Positions 1 to 9,000 of a stretch of 25,170 bases of DNA are shown here, in pieces. The DNA lies in IMG/VR virus record IMGVR_UViG_3300014031_000007, positions 1-25,170 of that record, one strand, 5' to 3'. The notes beneath the pieces are model-generated. The model made no database searches, was not told the origin of the DNA, and saw only the letters and a program-made list of their open reading frames with translations. Origin of the DNA: a virus. Lineage: Duplodnaviria > Caudoviricetes. Positions within the stretch are counted from its first letter, which is position 1, and every line of letters begins with the position of its first letter. The position numbers and the translations under genes were made by a program.

Positions 1-2
1 AG

Positions 3-3000
3 TATATACATAGCGCTGGTGATTACGCAGTGCAAAAAACCGGCAACCCCGAGGCTTCAGCTCTTATCGACCAGCTATCGAACATAGCTATGGCGAAAGT
101 AGGTGATGTGGCTACCAAGATTTACAGCAAGTTAGGATCATCGCACGCTCAAGCCTACCAAGCAGAAGTCGACGCAGGGAAGTTACACTTACTCGACGCG
201 GTATCGCAAGCATCAACGTTGCGCGACAACAACCCTGAAGCCTTCCACCAATTTGTGCAGAGCATGTCTGATAACGGTAAAGTGCCGGATGTGTATGTAG
301 GTGCCGAAGCATTGAACGCTGCCCTAGCGAAAAATCCTGTCGAAGCGAATGCGCTTTTTCAGAAGATGCCAGAGCTGCGCGATCAGATGAACGAAGCCGC
401 GCTGACTAAAGGTGACGTGCGTATTCCCGTGGCCGATTACGCCACACACATCGCGGGCACCAAAACAGGGGATGAAATAAAACCTGAGTTGAAGACATCG
501 CCTGAAGGGATGACGTACAACCAGGCGCAAGATTTCCGCAAGAACCAAGTGGCAGAGATGCAGGATCAGGCGCAGAAGTTGTTGGACGAGCACGCCAAGA
601 CCGTGGCCGAACAGACCGCATCGGATAGCGTCTATCAGAACATACTGAGCCAGTTGACAGAGGCCAATCACTTTTCGCCGGACGTGAACAAGGTGTATGC
701 AAAGCTGGCAACCGCAGGGTACGCTGCACGCGCGCACACTCTCGGCATCCCTGCAGACGAAATGTTGAAGCAATACCCACTCGATATTCAAAGCGTATTC
801 GGGCCTGCGAAGACAGAGGGTGCGCCACACGACGTTGGCGAAGCTGTCTACAATTCTCCTGCAGCCATCACCGCTCGCTTCGAGGAAAAGTTGAAAGACC
901 ATACTGCGGTGCGCAAGGAATATGAAGCGATCCCCGAGACGCAAGGCGGCAAGATCATCAACACCGACATCGCCCGTGAACTCTCTCCCGACTATCTGGC
1001 GGATCGCACAAGATCAGCAACGGTGCACGAACCCGCAAGCACATTTGTCAAGCAACTCTACGCGGAGAAACTGAAGGAAACACCAAACGCTGACGTGTTA
1101 TTCACTGCTGGTGGCACAGGTGCAGGTAAGACTACTGCGCTCAGTATGATCCCAAAGTACAAAGAGCTGATGGGTAAAGCGGACATCGTTTACGACACCA
1201 ACGTAAACAATTTTGAATCCGCTAGACAGAAGATTCAGGAAGCTATCGACTCAGGTGCGCACGTCCATGTTGCTATGGTGGTTCGTCATCCAGTGGAAGC
1301 CTTTGTCAATGGTGCGTTGAAGCGCGCCACAAGGCAGGAGAAAGAATTCGGTTCCGGTCGTGTGGTATCGCTTGATGCGCACATCAGCACACACGTCGGT
1401 TCGATGGATACCATACCGAAACTGATAGACCATTTCAGAAACGATCCAGAGGTGAGTTTCAGTGCGGTCGACAACTCCCACGGCAAGGGCCACGCGGTAG
1501 ATTTACCCCTTGATAAACTTCCAAAATGGGAGCATAATGACTTGAAGGCGTCGTTGCTTGACGCATTGAGAAAGGAATACGAAGATGGCAAAATCAGTGA
1601 AAAAACATACACGGGTTTCCTTAACGCCGGAGCAGATAGCAGCGAAGCACAAGGCGTTTCACGACGCACCGTGGGGGGCGGCGCTGGCGGACAGTCTGAA
1701 TCAGAACGTGTTGGCACAACCAGCAGCAATACTGGCACCCGACGCGGTACCGACTCCGGCACCCGACGCAGTACCGATTCCGGCAAAGATAAGGGTTATG
1801 CAGCCACAGTAAAAGACACGTCACTACGTGTCAATCCCGAAGAAGGGAAAGGAATCTTCGACGCTATAACTGCCGGTATGCGCGGGTCGTTCAACGACCG
1901 GCGAGTCGCAGGTGACAAGCCGCTGGAGGGCGTTAAAGAAGATCGACGAGTCGCAGCCGCTATGCGGAGGCGTGCCGCTACACCAGAACCGCTTTCGGGT
2001 CTACCAAGAAGCGTCAAGGTTGATGGAACGACGGTATCGGTCGGCCCGTTTGGAAAAGCCAGGGACGCTGCTGACAAGTATATTCGCTCTGCTGGACTGA
2101 AAGAAACACCCCCAACGGATTACGTCAGGGTCGATCCTGTTCTCGCCAAGCGTATCGCTCAGGCATACGAGGATATGAAGGACGATCCTCAAAACCCCGA
2201 AGTCAAGACGGCATACGCTGCGCTCGTGCGTGAAACGCTGGCGCAATGGAAGGCCGTCAAAGCTACCGGATTGAAAGTTGAATTCTTCCCTAATGGGAAG
2301 GACACCTACGGCAACCCGCGCAACGCGATACGTGACGTAGTGGATAACAACCACCTCTTCATATTCCCCACAGAATCCGGGTATGGAACTACTGGCGAAA
2401 AAGTCAGCGCGGGCAATCCACTCCTGGCTAAAGTTCCGGGAGAATCGTTTGGTGATAAGCCGGTGCTCGTCAACGACATCTTCCGTGCTGTTCACGACTA
2501 CTTTGGACACGCCAAGGAGGGCATTGGGTTCCGTGCTGACGGTGAAGAGAATGCGTGGCGTCAGCACATGGCAATGTTCTCACCGGAGGCGCAGAGGGCA
2601 CTCACAACCGAAACGCGAGGCCAAAATTCGTGGGTTAATTATGGGCCTCATGCTGAACACAACAAAACCGCCAGCGGTGAAGACACAACCTACGCACCTC
2701 AGAAGATCGGTCTGCTTCCAGAGTGGGCGAGCAAGGATGGCTATAAGAGCGCGTTGGTCAACATCGGGCTGGACACCAACGACGGTAAAGGCATTACGCG
2801 GGAGGAAGCAAGAGCCGAAATCAAAAAGCTTGGCGTGAAGATTATTGACTCTGCAGTCCATAAATCCGACACAGAAAACACGCTCGTTGCGCAGCTCGAC
2901 CGCGCACTCACTCCCGAAGAAGTTCACCAGCTCGCTGTCGCCACACACCAGGAAGCCATCCCACAATTCGCCGATGGGAAGGGAATCCTCGAAGGCCCCG

Positions 3001-6000
3001 CGAAAGAAAATTGGGGCGACTTCAATCCCGAATACTTTTTGAAGATGGACGGATCGCGCTTGAAGGAAGCTGCGCTTGCGCAGAGCGTCCCGGACAAAGG
3101 CGCGAGAATTAAAAAAGTATTCGCTGATAACGACACATATAAAATCCTTGACAAGGCTGTTCAAAGCGGCCCGTTCGATGGGGGCTGCTTGATCTGCGCC
3201 AAGGCGATTATCAAGGCTGAAGGTAAAGGCGATGTGGTTAGATTGTTCAACAAGGATCACAACGTTACCGATCACTACGGAGCGCTGGTTGATGGTAAGG
3301 TGTATGACGCTGACGGCGAATATGCTAACGCCAAGGATTGGGCCGCGCACTTTGCGAAGGAAGAAAACCGTGACGTAGCGGCTTTGACTTTTGAAAAGGG
3401 TGAAGACCCAAAAAGTGAAATACCAGACGATGCAAAAGCGGTATCTGCAATCGCTGCTAAATTAAGTGGAGTACCCGAAAAGGCAGTCACCGGCATCCAT
3501 TATTCTAACCAGCCGCGCGAAAGTTTGTCTGGAAACATGTACGGCACCGGCATCAGAGGAGCAGAAGGTGCGCGACTGGCTGAAAGCAAAGACGCGCGCA
3601 TCAAGCGCCGTGTATCGTTCTACGTCGACGAAGGACGAGGCACATTCCCCGAGCAAGGGCTGGGCCGCTTCAAGCACGAAGCGCAGTTGAACAACATGTA
3701 TGACGGCGCAAGCAATCCCCTGAAGCTACCCACCAAAGACTTCAATGCGTTCGAGGGCGCAGTGCTGGATCACGGCTACGAGGGGTACTACGTCAAAGGC
3801 GGCTTTGGTCGCCAGGGTGCAGCGGTTGTGCTTGGGGATGCTGCGAAGAACATCAAGGTCAATGCGCTGAATCAGTATGGGCAGAAGTTCGATCAGACCG
3901 TGACACCAGAATTCAAGAAGTGGTTTGGTACCAATCCTGAGCCGGATCGCGCATACAAAGGCGTAAGTTATCGCAGTGTTGTGGTGAATCCCGATGGAAC
4001 GCCGCGTGTAATGTATCACGCTACCAGTGCTGACTTCGATGCGTTCAAACGTCGCATAGGTGATGTTGGGATGCACTTCGGTACGATAGGCCAAGCAGAA
4101 GATCGTGGACAATATATGCGCGGCAAGAACCCTGATGCGGTATCAGGAGCAAATACAATTCCGGTGTACCTGAACATTCGTAAGCCGTTGCGCATGAGGG
4201 ATACTGGATTGTGGAAAGCTGACAATATGGTGTGGGAACTGAAAAAGTTATTCCCCAGTGACTTCAAGACGCTTGCTGATATGCCAAGGCGTACCGATCC
4301 CTACGCGAAAGCGCACCCGGATGAAGTCACGGATCACCTAAAACACGGCGTTCTGATAACCACGAAAGACCTCCGCGAGTACATCCAGTCGAAAGGCTAC
4401 GATGGCATCGTTTATAAAAACACTGGCGAAGTCGGTGGGATGGAAGAACTACAGGCAAGGGTAAACAGCTTACGCAAAGTTGCTGACGACGAATTTGCTA
4501 AGTTAAATCCTGGGCAAAAAGTCATGTCTGATGATTACAAGCAAGGTAGCAGATCATACCAGGCGTGGGTAAAAGCGCTTGGAGAGAAGGATAAAGTAAG
4601 AGAGGCAAACCAGGAAGACAGCTACATCGCCTTCGAGCGCAATCAAATAAAATCCGCAGTAGGCAACAACGGAAAGTTCAGTGCGCGCGATCCAAACATT
4701 CTGCACCAGGATGCGCCAACCTTTTTCAGCCAACTGTCGCGCTCGATCAGTGGCGCCCCAGACAAAATCTTCGGCAACGCAAAATCTGTATCGGACTGGC
4801 TTAGTGCGAACGCTGGAAAGTTGGGCGTGAAGAAAGCGGAGATCGAAGCTACCGGGCTGGACGATTGGTTGAAGCTGCAAGGTAAAGTCTCGAAGGCCGA
4901 CGTGCAGAACTTCCTTGACCAGAACGGTGTGCAGGTGCGGGAGGTGACACTGGGTGGGCCAAGCGAGGAAGATATAGAGGCACTCATGGCTGATGAAATA
5001 GGTCAGGACATGACGCGCCAAGAGGCTATCGACTACATAAATATGGATGCAGAAAATCCCGATCTGACCAAGTTCGCATCCTACCAGCTCCCCGGTGGCG
5101 AGAACTACCGTGAGTTGCTGCTGACGTTGCCAGAAAAAGCCGATACCACTCCAACCGATTACTCCCAATACAAAGCGGAATTGGTAGGAAAGAATTCATG
5201 GGAGGTAACAAACCTAGATGGCGGTGTAAAGTCACTCGTCACCGGAGCGACTGCTCACGACGCGATTGACCGTGCGATTGCACATAATCATCCAGCATCA
5301 AAGGCATTCAAGTCATCACACTTCGACCAGCCGAATATCCTCGCGCATATCCGCTTCAACGAGCGCACCACTCTGAACTACACACCGGACGACATATCCG
5401 ACATCGAGAAGCGCATCATGCAGTCCGTGCCAAATGCTAAGAGCGCTGACTCTTTGGGTAATGGCGCACCGCAGATGGCTGTACGCAAGGGACTCATTAC
5501 TCAGGAAGAGGCCAATAAGTATTCTCACAGCAAAGGATTCGTAAACGTACCGACTGATGGTGCAACGTCGCGGATTCTGTTCTTGGAAGAGTTGCAGAGT
5601 GACTGGGGGCAGAAGGGGAAGAAGGAGGGGTTCGTCACAACACTCTCTGATGCTGATAGTACACGGCTTGCAGAACTACGCACAGCATTAGAAGTTAAAC
5701 GTAAGGCGGGAGAGGATGTCACCAAAGACCCCGACTGGAAAGAGTTTGAAAAATTAGATGCTTTGCGAATGAAGGTTGAGTATCGCGGCATCCCATCCGC
5801 CCCCTTCGTCACCGACACAAAGGCATGGACATCACTCGCACTGAAACGAATGATCCGCTACGCCGCAGAAAACGGCATGGACAAGATCGCATGGACTACT
5901 GGTGAGCAGCAAGCAGCGCGGTACGACTTGAGCAAGCAGGTACAGTCTCTTTACGTCGAGCGTCACGACGGTACCTTTGGTAAAGCAGGTTATGACATCG

Positions 6001-9000
6001 GCGCAATGACTGAGGACGGTATCAAGGAGATAGCGAAAGGTGCTCAAGAAAGCGAGCTTGAAGGACTGATCGGGAAAGACCTTGCGAAGAAAGCAATCGC
6101 GCAGCCCGCTGGCGAAGAACTGAAGTATGAAGGCAATGACCTCAAAGTCGGCGGCGAAGGCATGAAAGGCTACTACGATGCTATCGTCCCACAGGTTGCG
6201 AATGACATTCTGAAGAAGCTGGGTGGTGGGAAGGTTGGGGATGTGTCAATCAACCAAGACCACAATGCAAACCTCAACACAGAGAAAGAGTGGAACGAAT
6301 CTGCTGCGCGTATCATCCTGAAACGCGGTGGAGAAATATACGTTGCTGATACTCATGGTATGGAAACCAGAATCAAGAATGAACACGTACTTGATTTAGA
6401 GCTTGAGGAAAACGGAAATCCTCGTGGTTATATCCTTGGCGATACACAGGGCGGCAGTACGCAGCAAGGCTTCACCATCACACCAGAACTGCGCGCCAAG
6501 GTAATGACCGAAGGACTACCGCTGTTCCAAGGTCAAGACGTGAATCGCGGCGGGGACGCACCAGACACCCACCAGTTGTCCCTGCTGAATAAGGCAGACC
6601 TCACGACCTTCGTACATGAGCTGGGCCATCACTTTTTAGAGATGACCTCAGACCTCGCTTCGCGTCCCGATGCGCCGCGAGGAGTCAAGGACGACATGGC
6701 GAAACTCACAAGCTGGTTTGGCACGACGCCCGAAGCATGGAGCAACATGACCATGAACGAGAAGCGTCCATACCACGAACAGTTTGCGGAATCCTTCGAG
6801 CGTTATCTGTTGGAAGGTAAAGCGCCTTCACTCGAACTGCAGCCCGTGTTCAGTCGCATCCGTTCGTGGATGCTGAACGTCTACAAGTCGCTGCAGGGAA
6901 TGTTTGCGCAGCGTCCTGCATCAGAACAGCTCACACCTGAAGTGCGCCAAGTTTTCGACCGGATGCTCGCCTCGGATGACGCGATCCACCAGGCGGAAAC
7001 ATCACGCGGATATGCGCCGCTGTTCAAGGACGCGAAGGAAGCAGGCACCACACCGGAGAAGTACCAAGCCTATCTCGACCTGAACCCCGAAGCTACGCAG
7101 GACGCTATCGCAGAGATGCAGAAGCGTTCTGTCAAGGACATGTCGCTGCTGTCGAATGCCAAGAGCAGAGCGCTTAAATCCATCCAGGCAGAGGCCGACG
7201 CAAAGCGCGCGGACATCCGCACCGAAGTCGAGAAGGAAGTCGAACAGCAGCCCGTATATCTCGCAGAGCGCTGGCTGAAGAAGGGTGAACTGATCGACGA
7301 CAAGGGCGAAGTCACCACCAAGGCACTCGATGCTGCCAAGGCAGGATCGAAGCTGAACACGGATGAAGTGCGCAAGCTGTTCCCTGAAGGAATACCCGAA
7401 GCGTTACACGGCATGACCTCGCCCGATGGCCTGCATCCTGATCTCGCTGCGCAGATGCTTGGCTTCAATTCGGGTGGTGGCCTTGTGCAAGCCTTGGCAG
7501 ACCGCGAACCAAAGCAGTCTGCAGTTGACGGCCTCACCGATCAGCGTATGCTTGAACGCCACGGCGAGATGTCCGATCCACAATCGGTAGAGCGCGCGGC
7601 CAATGAAGCGGTAGCCAACAAAGGGCGTCAGCTCTTCCTCGCCACCGGGCTGAAAATTCTGATGAAGTCGCCCATCCCGGCGAAGCAACTTGCGGCTGCA
7701 GCACGCGAAGCGGCTGACAACACCATCAACGGCAAGACCATCAAAGACCTGCGCCCACTGCAATATGAAGCGCAGGAGACACGCTCGAACAAGGAAGCGC
7801 TCAAGAACGCCGCCAAAGACCCCGTTGCTGCAATCAAAGCACAGCGGGCTGCACTGCTCAACAACACGTTGGCGAAGGCCGCTACGAAGGCTGTAAGCGA
7901 CGTGCAGAAAGGGCTGGACTACGTCAAGCGTTTCGAGAAGAAAACGATCATGGACAAGATGGATGTCGACGTGCGCGATCAGTTGAACGACCTGCTCGAC
8001 CGCTTCGACTTCCGCCAGAATCCCAGCACTGTGCCAACCCGCGCAGAGCAGAATTTACAGGACTGGGTGAAGTCGCAGATCGACGCCGGGTATTCACCAG
8101 TGATGACGCCGGACATGCTGAACCCCGCTTTCAAGGCGCACTACAAAGACATGACGGTCGAACAGTTCCGTGGCCTGATCGACGGGATGAAAGCCATCGA
8201 GCACATTGGCCGCGAGCGCAAGACTGTTACCATCCTCGGCAAGAAGGTCGAACTGAATGACTACATCAACAGCCAGCTCGTACCCAAGATGCAGGAGCGT
8301 CCAAACAAGTTCACGACTGCAGACATTATTGATCGGCCCGATGAACGCCACACCAACAAGATTGCGATTGCGCTGGATCACCTGAACTCATGGCGTCGAG
8401 GGATGATGTCGAGCCTGAAGATGCAGGAGTACAAGCGCAACCAGTACGACAATCAGGAATTGATGGGGCCTTTTGGCGAGAGCGTTTTTGAACCTGTGTT
8501 TGCGGCTGATTACCACAAGGGTGATATGCTCGCCGGACTGTCGAAAGATTTTCAGGCGAAGGCCAACGAGCTGGGCGCCGATTGGCAGGACAGCTTGATG
8601 AATGGCATCGAAAATAAAGTGCTGCGCGATCCCGACAAGACGGAGGCTGCAGGCAAGCCGGTGTTCATGGAATTCACCCGTGCGAAGATGCTGGGCATGA
8701 TGCTGCACATGGGCAATGAATCCAACTTCGACAAGCTGGTTAAAGGCTGGGGCTGGAAACCGGAAGATGTGTGGCGCTTCGCGCACGACAACGCAACGGA
8801 AAAAGATTGGCAGGCCGTGCAGTCGGTGTGGGACTTGAACGAGAAGCACGCGCCAGAGATATTCGAGATGAACCGCAGGCTGGGTAACACCAATCCGAAT
8901 CGCATCGAGCCGCGCGCATTCAATACCAAGTTCGGTGAATACGCTGGTGGTTATGCACGCATCGAATACGACCCCCTGCGTTCACGCCGGGGTGAGAAAG

